A stretch of 64,000 nt of DNA from an uncultured Candidatus Bathyarchaeia archaeon. Its GTDB lineage: Archaea; Thermoproteota; Bathyarchaeia; Bathyarchaeales; DTEX01. Both the position numbers and the translations under genes were made by a program. The notes below the pieces were generated by a model. The model worked only from the letters and a program-made list of their open reading frames with translations, was not told the DNA's origin and ran no database searches. How positions within the stretch are numbered: the first letter of the stretch is position 1; every line of letters begins with the position of its first letter. Below, piece after piece: positions 1 to 9,638 of this stretch. The stretch spans positions 2,215 through 66,214 of the forward strand of contig CAYSKG010000003.1 in the NCBI GenBank assembly GCA_964431725.1. The letters run 5' to 3'.

Positions 1-2
1 CA

Positions 3-626
3 GATGTATCAGCTATGCAACAATCATTCAGAGCTTTCAGAAACTATCCGTTCAAAGCAGATGTGTGGGACGATATGTTAACAGTCAAGGTTCCAAGTGT
101 TTCAGCGACTAATGTGCCAGCGTTCGTTGTTCCAGGCTTAAAAGCAACCTTCAACTTCACAGTTACGGCTTTAGGCACCCCCTATAGTGAAGCTGATATG
201 AAGTATATGATACTTGATCCCGCCGGAAACCTCGTCTTGATTGGCGATAGTATCAATCTTGGGAACGGTTTATTCAGCGTTGAATTAACCGGAAACGACA
301 CTGCTAAACTATCTGTAGGTACAAATACGATTATCACGATAACAACTGGGCATGAAGCAGCAATGCCGATAATAACCGAGACCCCATTCGTTGTGATACC
401 AGCCTTAAAGTACTTCCAGACCCAGCTAGAGGGAATATCAGCAGAGCTAGGCGGAAGAATAAGCGCATTAGAGGGCTCCTTGGATACAATGCAAAGTGAA
501 CTTCAAAGCTTAACAAATTCATTAAATAGCATTCAGAACACGATGAATATTCTGATGGGAATCTCCGTTGTTAGCTTGATCATAGCAATCGTTGCTGTAG
601 CTATTTCCCTAAGAAAACCGAAGTAA
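3..626 (+). CDS. C-terminal fragment of a surface-anchored extracellular protein, probably the solute-binding protein of the downstream ABC peptide transporter (5' end outside window)
   Basis: The frame of ORF 15..626 stays open to the window edge. The tail has a coiled-coil-like segment LEGISAELGGRISALEGSLDTMQSELQSLTNSLNSIQ, then a hydrophobic helix ILMGISVVSLIIAIVAVAISL and RKPK. It lies directly upstream of dppBCDF-type genes. Confidence 0.45.
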   Translation, partial: DVSAMQQSFRAFRNYPFKADVWDDMLTVKVPSVSATNVPAFVVPGLKATFNFTVTALGTPYSEADMKYMILDPAGNLVLIGDSINLGNGLFSVELTGNDTAKLSVGTNTIITITTGHEAAMPIITETPFVVIPALKYFQTQLEGISAELGGRISALEGSLDTMQSELQSLTNSLNSIQNTMNILMGISVVSLIIAIVAVAISLRKPK

Positions 627-699
627 CTGTTTCTCTCTCTTTTTATTTTTTCCGAAACATTTAATAACGTAATGTTTACGATAAATTCTGAAAAAGTGA

Positions 700-1764
700 T
701 TGCCTATGTTGACTAAGTATCTCCTAAAGAGGGCTATTTTCCTATTCTTGACTTTAGTGCTTTCAGTATACATAACGGTCTTAATAGCTAATGCTGGGGG
801 GAAAATAGACGAAATACTTAGAGCGCAAATAAAATACGATATAACGAGAAATCTGGCCAGAAGCCCCGGGTGGGCTCAGCTTCCAGAGGAGGAGAAGACA
901 AAACTCATAAACGAACGTTTTGAATCGGCTATCCACGCGAAAGGATTAGATAAACCTTTCCTCGAGAGAACTCTCATTTATCTAATAGATGCTCTAACAT
1001 TAAATCTAGGCAGATCACTTTTCATAACGAGCGCAAGCGGATCTAAACAGGTGAGCGTAATTATACTCGAAAGGCTACCTAGAACTGTTATTTTATTCAC
1101 AACCGGGACAATTGCTTATTCAATTGTAGGCCTACTTATAGGTTTGAGAATGGCTAGAAAACCGGGAGGAATTTTTGATCGTATAATGACATTTTTCGCA
1201 ATAATCACTCAAGCTATTCCACCATGGTTTTTCGGGATACTTTTTATTTTGCTTTTTGCATATGAACTCAGGCTAGTTCCCTTCGGAGGGTTTCTCAGCG
1301 TTCCCCCTCCAAGGGATCCGTTAAATTATGCGCTTGACATTTTATATCACATGGCTTTACCCCTCTTCACATGGATTTTCTCAATCTTTGGTTCATGGGC
1401 ATATGTTACTAGAAACCTTACAATGCAATACTCAGAAGAAGACTTTGTAGTTGCAGCGAGGGCTAAAGGGCTTTCAGAAAGCTTAGTTATGAGACGCTAC
1501 ATTTTAAGACCCTCTCTTCCACCAATCATAACATCCATTTCCCTTTCCCTAATTGCCTCATGGCAGGGGGCAATAATAACGGAAACAGTTTTCACATGGC
1601 CAGGGCTTGGTATGCTATTTTATCAGGCCATAAACACTTTGGATGCGCCGGTGATTATAGGTTTAACGGTAGTTTACGCGTATCTGCTTGTGATCACGAT
1701 TTTCATATTAGATTTAACCTATAGCTTGATGGATCCAAGAATAAAAACTGGGGCTAGAAGATGA
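700..1764 (+). CDS. ABC peptide/nickel transporter permease, DppB/OppB family
   Basis: 354 aa, multi-TM, with the typical permease region AARAKGLSESLVMRRYILRPSLPPIIT. It overlaps the next permease by 4 nt. ATG at 706 is an alternative start. Confidence 0.85.
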   Translation: MPMLTKYLLKRAIFLFLTLVLSVYITVLIANAGGKIDEILRAQIKYDITRNLARSPGWAQLPEEEKTKLINERFESAIHAKGLDKPFLERTLIYLIDALTLNLGRSLFITSASGSKQVSVIILERLPRTVILFTTGTIAYSIVGLLIGLRMARKPGGIFDRIMTFFAIITQAIPPWFFGILFILLFAYELRLVPFGGFLSVPPPRDPLNYALDILYHMALPLFTWIFSIFGSWAYVTRNLTMQYSEEDFVVAARAKGLSESLVMRRYILRPSLPPIITSISLSLIASWQGAIITETVFTWPGLGMLFYQAINTLDAPVIIGLTVVYAYLLVITIFILDLTYSLMDPRIKTGARR

Positions 1765-3158
1765 GTACATCGATTGGATTAAAAGATCTTGGGAAAATCA
1801 TAATTTCATCAAAAAGTGGGCTGATTGGACTGTTGATTCTCTTAACAGTTCTAGGAATCTCTATTTTCGCATTAATATATTTTCCATTTAATGTGGTAGC
1901 GAAATGGAATGAACCAACTTTCTGGCAAGATAATCCTAGAGTCGCCGCTCCACAATGGTTTTCCCAACTAATAGGGAGAAATCTTCCTCAAACGATCTAT
2001 ATCACCCCTCAAGACTTCAGTAAATACGAATATGGAGTGACAGGCTTAAAATACGTGATCTTAGAGAGCCGCATAAAATATGATTATGATGATTTCCCAT
2101 CGGAGCTTTTTGCAGTCATATACGCAAATTTCTCGGGAAATAATCCAATGGCAACCGTTAAGATAATACGTCCAGACGGTTTGGAAGTAGTTGTCTTTCA
2201 TAATGTACTGAAGAGCGATATGAATTTCTTATTCATAAGTTCTGACATCTCAATAAAAGAGACCGTGAAAAACTCTCTAGCCGGCTTAGGTTTAGTAGCT
2301 AATGGTACAGGAACAATTTATCCAGAAATCTGCATCTTTGCTGTAAATAATGAAAACATGTTCACCTACGGTCAAGCCAATGTTCTTAAGGGAACCTACA
2401 AAGTGAGAATAGAGCTAATATTCTCCAATATAAATGACACCGCTGATGCAAAATTCACCATCTACGGAAAAGTTTACGGCATGGCTGGAACAGACAATTT
2501 AAGGCGAGATCTATTTATAGGAATAGTTTGGGGTGCTCCAGTAGCTTTAGCATTTGGGCTCTCCGCAGCCGTTGCCACAAGCATTATTCAATCCTTAATT
2601 GGCGCATTAAGCGCATGGTACGGTGGACTGGTTGATGAAATAATTCAACGGATTACAGAAGTCTATATGATATTGCCCTTCTTGCCCTTTTTAATAATGA
2701 TTTCCCTATTCTATAAGGTGAACTTATGGCTTCTAGTTGTCTTAATAATCGTGCTAAGTATTTTTGGAGGTATAACTAAGACTGCTCGAAGCGTAACATT
2801 CCAAATAATAAGCGAACAGTACATTGAATCAGCAATATCTTACGGCGCAAGTAAGCTAAGGATACTCTTCCTATACATAATGCCTCGTCTCCTCCCCTAT
2901 ATGGTTGCGAATATAGTTTTAAATGTACCAGCATTCGTTTTTCTTGAAGCAGCACTAAGCATTCTAGGACTTGGGGACCCGATGATGCCCACATGGGGCA
3001 AAATAATCAGCGACGCGTACTCAAATGGAGCAATCATACATGGTTATTGGTGGTGGATTCTCATACCAGCATTCCTAATAATAGTTACTGCATCCGCATT
3101 TGCATTGATAGGCTATGCACTTGACAAGTTTGTTAATCCACGACTGAGGGAGAGATAA
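1761..3158 (+). CDS. ABC peptide/nickel transporter permease, DppC/OppC family, with a long extracytoplasmic insertion after TM1
   Basis: The C-terminal ~220 aa is a typical OppC core (GTDNLRRDLF, ESAISYGASKLRILFLYIMPRLLPY). It has an ATGA overlap with the upstream permease and abuts the ATPase gene. Confidence 0.85.
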   Translation: MSTSIGLKDLGKIIISSKSGLIGLLILLTVLGISIFALIYFPFNVVAKWNEPTFWQDNPRVAAPQWFSQLIGRNLPQTIYITPQDFSKYEYGVTGLKYVILESRIKYDYDDFPSELFAVIYANFSGNNPMATVKIIRPDGLEVVVFHNVLKSDMNFLFISSDISIKETVKNSLAGLGLVANGTGTIYPEICIFAVNNENMFTYGQANVLKGTYKVRIELIFSNINDTADAKFTIYGKVYGMAGTDNLRRDLFIGIVWGAPVALAFGLSAAVATSIIQSLIGALSAWYGGLVDEIIQRITEVYMILPFLPFLIMISLFYKVNLWLLVVLIIVLSIFGGITKTARSVTFQIISEQYIESAISYGASKLRILFLYIMPRLLPYMVANIVLNVPAFVFLEAALSILGLGDPMMPTWGKIISDAYSNGAIIHGYWWWILIPAFLIIVTASAFALIGYALDKFVNPRLRER

Positions 3159-4114
3159 TGTTAAAGCTTGAAGATGTTAGGCTCTTTTATCGTACACGAA
3201 GAGGAAGTGTCCGAGCTGTAGACAAAGTAAGTTTTGAACTTGAAAGAGGGGAAACTCTGGGATTAGTAGGTGAATCTGGTTGTGGAAAATCTAGTACAGC
3301 ATTAGCCATAATGCGGATTCTACCTAGAAATGTGGATGTTTACGAGGGGAAAGTTCTGCTTGAGGGAGTAAACCTTCTCGACCTAAGCGAAGATGAATTC
3401 AGAGAGAATATTAGATGGAAGAGAATCTCCATGGTTTTCCAGGGTGCAATGAACTCGCTTAATCCAGTTCTAAAGGTGGGTTTCCAAGTTGCTGAACCCT
3501 TGATGGTGCATAAGAAAATGGATAAGAAAGAGGCTATCAGTAAGGTAAAGGAAATGTTTAAACTTGTTGGTTTGCCACCGGACTTTACTGAGCGATACCC
3601 GCACGAGCTTAGTGGAGGTATGAAGCAGAGAGCAGTCATCGCAATGGCTTTAATTATGAATCCAGAAATAATAATTCTTGACGAGCCGACTTCAGCCTTA
3701 GATGTGAGCATCCAAGCGCAAATCATGAATCTCCTTAAGAAACTTAAGAAAGAATTCAATATATCAATGATATTTATAACCCATGATATAGCCCTATCTA
3801 GCGATATTTGCGATAAAATAGGTGTAATGTACGCTGGTCAAATCGTTGAATTGGGAACAAGCGAAAAGGTACTTCTAACTCCGAAACATCCATATACTCA
3901 AAAATTAATTGCGAGTGTCCCATTGTTGAGAAGTGATAAAATACCTGATTTTATTCCAGGTACTCCTCCGGATCTTGTTAATCCGCCGAAGGGATGTAGA
4001 TTTTATCCGCGATGCCCTTACGCCAAGAAAGAATTTGAGGGAAGAGAACCTCCTTTCGTGGAGGTTGAGGAAAACCACTTTGTTAGATGCTGGCTTTATA
4101 GTGATGAGAAATGA
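3158..4114 (+). CDS. ABC oligopeptide transporter ATPase, DppD/OppD type
   Basis: Walker A GESGCGKS, signature LSGGMKQR, Walker B IIILDEPTSALD, C-terminal Cys motif GCRFYPRCPYA. Confidence 0.92.
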   Translation: MLKLEDVRLFYRTRRGSVRAVDKVSFELERGETLGLVGESGCGKSSTALAIMRILPRNVDVYEGKVLLEGVNLLDLSEDEFRENIRWKRISMVFQGAMNSLNPVLKVGFQVAEPLMVHKKMDKKEAISKVKEMFKLVGLPPDFTERYPHELSGGMKQRAVIAMALIMNPEIIILDEPTSALDVSIQAQIMNLLKKLKKEFNISMIFITHDIALSSDICDKIGVMYAGQIVELGTSEKVLLTPKHPYTQKLIASVPLLRSDKIPDFIPGTPPDLVNPPKGCRFYPRCPYAKKEFEGREPPFVEVEENHFVRCWLYSDEK

Positions 4115-5091
4115 ATGAAGAATTAATGGTTCTCGAAGATATAAGAACATATTTCTACGTTAGTAAAAGCTTATTTAAAACGCTTACTGTGAAAGCTGTA
4201 GATGGAGTATCCCTAAAAATATCTAAGGGTGAAATTGTTGCAATTGTAGGCGAATCCGGATCTGGGAAAACCACCCTTGGAAGAACCGCGCTAAAGCTTG
4301 TTAATCCGGTATCAGGGAAAATAATCTTTGAAGGAGTAGATATAACAAATCTAACTAAGAATTTGAAGTGGTTCAGAAAAAAGGCTCAGATGATATTCCA
4401 AGATCCGTTCACCTCCCTAAATCCCTACATGACAGTCAAACAGATAATCGAAGAGCCGCTAGTGATTCATGGATTCGGTGAAAAGGAAAGGAAGGAAAGA
4501 ATCATTAAGGCCTTGAAGGATGTGCGTTTATATCCGCCTGAGGAATTTCTTCCAAAGTATCCGCATATGCTATCTGGTGGACAGAGACAAAGAGTTGGAA
4601 TAGCGAGAAGTCTCGTTCTTGAGCCAAGCTTCATCGTAGCGGATGAGCCTGTTTCGATGATCGATGCATCGAGTAGGGCTGAAATACTGTTTCTTATGCG
4701 CGATATTCAGAAAAAATATAATATGGGTATAATGTATATAACTCATGATATTGCCACCGCAAAGTACTTCTCAGATAACATAGCCATAATGTATGCTGGT
4801 AAAATCGTAGAGTACGGCCCCTCTTACACAATTCTCAAAAGTCCATTTCACCCATATACGGTCGCTTTAATTGAAGCAGTTCCTGATCCGGATCCGCAGA
4901 ATCGGTTCAGATTCAGAAAAGTTATTCCAGGCGAGCCACCAAATCCTATTAACCCACCATCAGGATGCCGTTTCCATCCAAGATGCCCCTACTCGGACGG
5001 TAAAAGATGTGTTAAAGAAGAACCACAACTGAGAGATTTTAATAACAGGAAAGTAGCCTGTCATTATGCAGAGAACTTTCTAAAAAAATAG
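4111..5091 (+). CDS. ABC oligopeptide transporter ATPase, DppF/OppF type
   Basis: Walker A GESGSGKT, signature LSGGQRQR, Walker B FIVADEPVSMID, GCRFHPRCPY motif. It overlaps the upstream ATPase by 4 nt. Confidence 0.92.
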   Translation: MNEELMVLEDIRTYFYVSKSLFKTLTVKAVDGVSLKISKGEIVAIVGESGSGKTTLGRTALKLVNPVSGKIIFEGVDITNLTKNLKWFRKKAQMIFQDPFTSLNPYMTVKQIIEEPLVIHGFGEKERKERIIKALKDVRLYPPEEFLPKYPHMLSGGQRQRVGIARSLVLEPSFIVADEPVSMIDASSRAEILFLMRDIQKKYNMGIMYITHDIATAKYFSDNIAIMYAGKIVEYGPSYTILKSPFHPYTVALIEAVPDPDPQNRFRFRKVIPGEPPNPINPPSGCRFHPRCPYSDGKRCVKEEPQLRDFNNRKVACHYAENFLKK

Positions 5092-5107
5092 CATAGCTAG
5101 AACCCAC

Positions 5108-5689
5108 TTGTATGGGCGAATTCTCTTGAAAACTGGCTGGTGCATCTGGATCACAGGTCTACCCGGAAGCGGGAAATCTACAATCGCCCATCTATTAGTT
5201 AGGAAACTTAAGTCACTAGGGATTCATGCATATATTCTATCCTCTGATGCTCTCCGTAGAGTTATGACGCCCAACCCCAAATACACTGAAGAAGAACGAA
5301 ATATTGTTTATGGAACACTTGTATATATAGCTAAGCTGCTTACGGATAATGGAGTAAACGTTATTATTGATGCCACCGGAAATAGGAGGAAATATAGAGA
5401 CCGCGCCAGAAGAGAGATTCAGTGTTTCATGGAAGCTTATGTTAAATGTCCGATAGAAGTGTGTATAAAAAGAGAATCTAGGCGTAACATAGACTCTTAT
5501 GGCGCACCTAAAAACATATATAAGAAAGCCTTCACCGGCGAAAGCAGAACAGTTCCAGGCTTGGGATCTCCATATGAGGAACCACTGAATCCAGAAGTCA
5601 CAGTTGACTCAAACAAGCTAAACCCGGAGGAATGTGCTGAAAAAATATTAGAAGCTATCGTTAAGAAGTTTGTGTCTCAAGTTGGCTAG
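5108..5689 (+). CDS. Adenylylsulfate (APS) kinase-like P-loop kinase
   Basis: IWITGLPGSGKSTIA P-loop, LSSDALRR, downstream IDATGNRR and PYEEPLNPEVTVD. The layout resembles CysC-family kinases. Confidence 0.55.
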   Translation: MYGRILLKTGWCIWITGLPGSGKSTIAHLLVRKLKSLGIHAYILSSDALRRVMTPNPKYTEEERNIVYGTLVYIAKLLTDNGVNVIIDATGNRRKYRDRARREIQCFMEAYVKCPIEVCIKRESRRNIDSYGAPKNIYKKAFTGESRTVPGLGSPYEEPLNPEVTVDSNKLNPEECAEKILEAIVKKFVSQVG

Positions 5690-5997
5690 CGTAAAAAGAA
5701 TCATCTCTTGATCCTCCGGTTTTGGTTCACACACTCTAAAAACACTATAAGAGAGTCTTACTAGTAAAATCGTTAACAAAAAGGTGTCTGAGAGGAAACT
5801 TTCGTAGAGTAAACCTTTAGCTAAACCATCAATTACCATACAAACTTTCCAACTTCATTTAATCTACACTTTTCAAGAAGTAAAGGTTTAAAGATAAAAA
5901 TAAAAAAATATGTTTCTCGCACTTAAGTGTGATACAATCTATGTTTCGAGTTTTACTCTTTTATCAGTTTTAGTTTTTAATTCTTCAAACTAGAATT

Positions 5998-7125
5998 TTA
6001 CTTTAGAGAAACAAATTTTCTCAATTTTTGGAGCATTTTTAGGCGTTCTCTATCTCCTAGCTGAGCTTTTTCAACGGCTTCTCTAAGTATCCTTATTGAC
6101 TCATCCATAGCTCTCCTATTAACTGGATACGGCACTCCATCTTTTCCGCCGTAGGCAAACGAATATTTCACTGGATCTCTCCAGCTAGGCTTAGATCCAT
6201 AAATTATCTCAGCCACTAACGCCAGACCCCTAACGGTTGATGGACCTATACCTTTGATTCCTAATAGTTCTTCATAGTTTTTCGGCTGTATTTCATATGC
6301 TTTTTTCAGCGCCTTCCAGTTTATTGTGAAGGGCATAGATAAAAACTCTGTAATGTAATCTTTCCACTCTTTAGCTGACAGCTCTGGAATCCACTCTTGA
6401 AGGGTTCTTTGACATGCCGGCCGCATCATCTTAAACATTTTTGCAACTTTCTCGGTTCTTTCCTTGGCTATGTCAACGGATGTTTTGCGGCATTCTTCGC
6501 TTTCCCTAGATGTCATATCTAAAGCTATTGGTCGACGTGCATTGCCAACTATCGCCTTATGTGGTTCAACAACGAAACTTTTAACATTTTCTGAGAGCCA
6601 GTGATATCTGCGTGCCGTTTTATCATTCACGTTCATTCCTTGCTGTATGACTGCCCATTCACCATCCTCGGTTATAAAGAAGGCGTGATGATATAGTGGG
6701 TAGCCAGCTTGAATAGCCGTATTATCAACCTTCGCGCTCATTCTACTCGCGTATTGTAGACTATTTATCTTGCTAGTTGAAAGGTTAAAGATTTCCCCGA
6801 TTTTAACTATTTCAGATAATGTTCTTCTGGAGGCTTTACCCTTGCCGCCGCAGACAGCTATGCCTAAATCCCTATTTTTTAGGGTTGTCTTCAAAACTCC
6901 GGTAACAACGGTTGTTACACCTGAAGAGTGCCAATCATAGCCTAAAACACAACCAAAAGCTTGAAACCAATATGGATCTGAAACTCTTTGGAGGAAAACA
7001 TTCCGCCCATATTCGTCAACGATTATTGTAACTATTTCTCCCGCTAACTTCACCATACGCTCAACTAGCCACTGAGGAGCCCTACCGTGATGAAGCGGTA
7101 GCTCAGCGAATCCTGTTCTCTTCAA
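5998..7125 (-). CDS. Conserved archaeal protein of unknown function (DUF763-like)
   Basis: 375 aa. The N-terminus AELPLHHGRAPQWLVERMVKLA matches my recollection of the DUF763 family signature. A C-terminal HhH-like GIKGIGPSTVRGLAL is present. Confidence 0.5.
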   Translation of the reverse strand: MKRTGFAELPLHHGRAPQWLVERMVKLAGEIVTIIVDEYGRNVFLQRVSDPYWFQAFGCVLGYDWHSSGVTTVVTGVLKTTLKNRDLGIAVCGGKGKASRRTLSEIVKIGEIFNLSTSKINSLQYASRMSAKVDNTAIQAGYPLYHHAFFITEDGEWAVIQQGMNVNDKTARRYHWLSENVKSFVVEPHKAIVGNARRPIALDMTSRESEECRKTSVDIAKERTEKVAKMFKMMRPACQRTLQEWIPELSAKEWKDYITEFLSMPFTINWKALKKAYEIQPKNYEELLGIKGIGPSTVRGLALVAEIIYGSKPSWRDPVKYSFAYGGKDGVPYPVNRRAMDESIRILREAVEKAQLGDRERLKMLQKLRKFVSLK

Positions 7126-7196
7126 TTAAATCACAAGCTAATAGCTTACGCTTTCCCCACTTAAATCTTAGAAATTAGATATGTGAAAAATTTAAC

Positions 7197-7721
7197 TTAA
7201 GCTTTCCGTGCAATATGGCTTAAATAAGTTTTCTTCAAAAGTTTTCCATTTCGATCTATTTCTCCATATTTGATTCTCGTTGTTGAGATGGGGATTTTAT
7301 CTTCAGCTAAAACCATGTCAATAACAATTATCTTCAGCGGTTTAAGACCCCTCTTTTTCCTTAACGTATTTAATTCTTTAGCTCTTAGCTCAGTCTCCCT
7401 ACTAACGACTATTGCTTCAATCTCCTCGCTTGTTGCTGCCGGGCCATAGGGATCTGAAAGCGGAGTTATTCTTGCTCTATTGAAGACACCAGCATCTCTG
7501 AGAAACTTTACTAGCTCTTCCATCCTGTTCTTATAGGGGGCTATGTCATGATTTTTACGTAGCTTTCTCGCGAACTCATCAGTACATAGACCTATCCAAA
7601 CTTTTTCACCATACCTAAAAGCAGTTGCGAGAAGAACTCTATGACCTCTATGTAACTCGTCAAATGTTCCACCAACCGCAACAACCTTGAAGCGGAAGCT
7701 TGGTTTTTCGGATTCGCTCAT
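7197..7721 (-). CDS. coaD: Archaeal phosphopantetheine adenylyltransferase (cytidylyltransferase-family PPAT)
   Basis: VAVGGTFDELHRGHRVLL nucleotidyltransferase (T/H)xGH motif and ISTTRIK near the C-terminus. The ORF extends to 7772, but MSESEKPSF at 7721 is the more plausible start. Confidence 0.75.
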   Translation of the reverse strand: MSESEKPSFRFKVVAVGGTFDELHRGHRVLLATAFRYGEKVWIGLCTDEFARKLRKNHDIAPYKNRMEELVKFLRDAGVFNRARITPLSDPYGPAATSEEIEAIVVSRETELRAKELNTLRKKRGLKPLKIIVIDMVLAEDKIPISTTRIKYGEIDRNGKLLKKTYLSHIARKA

Positions 7722-7758
7722 ATCCAACCCAGCCGGAAATCTATGGTTTAGTAGCGTT

Positions 7759-8529
7759 CTATGATTTAACATTTTTCTTTTTCACTCCAATGGTTTGCTC
7801 CTTAAATGGATTGAGAGATGGAAAAGCTTGAATACATACCTTAAGGATTGGGGGGCCGAGAATTATGAGGAATGGTATTTCAGTTGCGAAAGTCCATATT
7901 AACCATATGAAAGCCACATATAGAGGTAATTGAAAGCCCCCTCCAACTGCAGCTGGTAAAACAAATATTTGGCTATAGGCCCAGACTGCGAAGCCTATAA
8001 TTGTGCTACCCACTCCTAAACCTATTATTGATGCTATACCATAACCCCTCCACTGGGGCCATACATATCCTACAATAATCATCAGAGCATAGCTTGCAAT
8101 AGAAAGCCCTATAAATAGAATTACAGCATTAAGTGATACGTAGACTAGCAACAAATATTCCAACAAAGCGAATCCAGCCAAAAGAATTATGCTTGTCACG
8201 GCGATGGTTTTAGTCCAATCTATTCTCTTCCTTGAAATGTATCCAATGAGATAAAAGCCGATAAAGTTAGCTGTCACCCCGGCAGAGAGACTGAGTAGGG
8301 GATCATGATGTATTAGGAGATCACTTATGAATATGCCTATGGCGGCCCCTAAACCGCCAACTAAGGGGCTGAAAAGTACCGCAAAGACTGCGGGGATTAC
8401 AACTGAAGGCCAAAATCTAACTATGCCGACTCCGGGAGTTGTTATGGGAGCTAGTAAGTAAATCATGTAACCAACGACGCCGTATAAAACCCCGCATAGG
8501 GCGCTTGCGATAATATCTATCGCCCTCAT
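7759..8529 (-). CDS. Polytopic membrane protein, ECF-transporter S-component-like (possible vitamin/pantothenate uptake)
   Basis: 256 aa with about 6-7 hydrophobic helices and a Gly-rich helix LVGGLGAAIGIFISDL as in ECF substrate-capture subunits. The functional call is from context only. Confidence 0.4.
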   Translation of the reverse strand: MRAIDIIASALCGVLYGVVGYMIYLLAPITTPGVGIVRFWPSVVIPAVFAVLFSPLVGGLGAAIGIFISDLLIHHDPLLSLSAGVTANFIGFYLIGYISRKRIDWTKTIAVTSIILLAGFALLEYLLLVYVSLNAVILFIGLSIASYALMIIVGYVWPQWRGYGIASIIGLGVGSTIIGFAVWAYSQIFVLPAAVGGGFQLPLYVAFIWLIWTFATEIPFLIILGPPILKVCIQAFPSLNPFKEQTIGVKKKNVKS

Positions 8530-8721
8530 GGAGGATCAGACTCCGAATTAAACGTTGATTAGGAATGTATGGAAAAATAAGATTTTTGTATAAAATGTTT
8601 AAATATATTCTAAATTTCCATTCGTAAAAGGGTTAAGTAAAGATCTAAAAATGAAGAATATTTGAACGTTAATTAGGGATTGAAGTTTCTGGATAAGTAG
8701 AGATGAAAAGATGGGGTTTGC

Positions 8722-9531
8722 ATGATGATTGTTGGTTTAGATATTGGGGCAAGTATGGCTAAAGCGGTTGTTATAGATAAGAATTTAAAAATTATTGATA
8801 GATGCATAATCCCAGTAGACAAGCCTAAAACTACAGCCCTAAAAATTTTAAGCGGATTTCTCAGTAGATTTGCTGTTCAAGCAGTCGCTGTCTCCGGTGG
8901 AGGCTCAAGATTAATTGATAATAAGATTTTGGGTTTACCAGTTAGGAGAATCAATGAGATAAAGGCAATAGGACTTGGGGGCTTACTTCTATCCCAAAGA
9001 GATAAGGGGTTAGTTGTGAGCGCTGGAACGGGAACCGCGCTTGTAGCTGCCTATGAGAAAGGTAAAATTGTGAAACATGTCGGTGGAACAGGAGTTGGTG
9101 GAGGAACAATTCTTGGGCTTTCGAGAAGGATTTTGAACATAGTTGAGTTTGAAGTTTTAGAGAATATAGCTTTAAAAGGAAACTCTAATCGGGTGGATTT
9201 AACAGTTGGCGATATTGTTGGCGGTTCGGTTGGAATAATGCCGGCTGAGGCAACAGCCTCTAACTTTGGGAAGCTAACTCGAAATTCTAGCATTAATGAC
9301 GTCGCTGCTGGAATCTTTAACATGGTTTCGCAAACTATTGGCGTTATAACAGCTATGGCTGCAAAAGCGTATAATCTAGAGGATAGCGTAGTAATTGTTG
9401 GAATGCTAGCTAAGAGCAGGCTATTCTCAAAGATAGTGCGTGAAACCACGGAGCTATTTGGCATAAAAGCTCTAATACCAGAAAATTGTGAGCTATTTGG
9501 AGCATTAGGAGCTGCTGCTTCAATCATTTAA
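8722..9531 (+). CDS. Type II pantothenate kinase-like ASKHA ATPase (CoaW/fumble family)
   Basis: Motifs GLDIGASMAK, SAGTGTAL, GGTGVGGGTILGL, DLTVGDIV, ATASNFG and FGALGAA follow the order I recall for Staphylococcus type II PanK. Confidence 0.65.
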   Translation: MMIVGLDIGASMAKAVVIDKNLKIIDRCIIPVDKPKTTALKILSGFLSRFAVQAVAVSGGGSRLIDNKILGLPVRRINEIKAIGLGGLLLSQRDKGLVVSAGTGTALVAAYEKGKIVKHVGGTGVGGGTILGLSRRILNIVEFEVLENIALKGNSNRVDLTVGDIVGGSVGIMPAEATASNFGKLTRNSSINDVAAGIFNMVSQTIGVITAMAAKAYNLEDSVVIVGMLAKSRLFSKIVRETTELFGIKALIPENCELFGALGAAASII

Positions 9532-9638
9532 ATTAACTATTAATTTTTGGACTAAATCTAAATAATAATGATGGATTAACGTAAAGTTTAAAAGTTAAGC
9601 CTCCATTTTTGGATATGCCCCCAGAGGTGTTTTAAGCT

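Noticed and set aside
9051-9527. 158-aa minus-strand ORF, and similar antisense ORFs at 3340-3759, 18426-18878, 12700-13071, 19142-19492, 60014-60382 and 62569-62994
   Set aside because: Each lies fully inside a confidently identified gene on the other strand and has no recognisable motif. I treat them as frame shadows.
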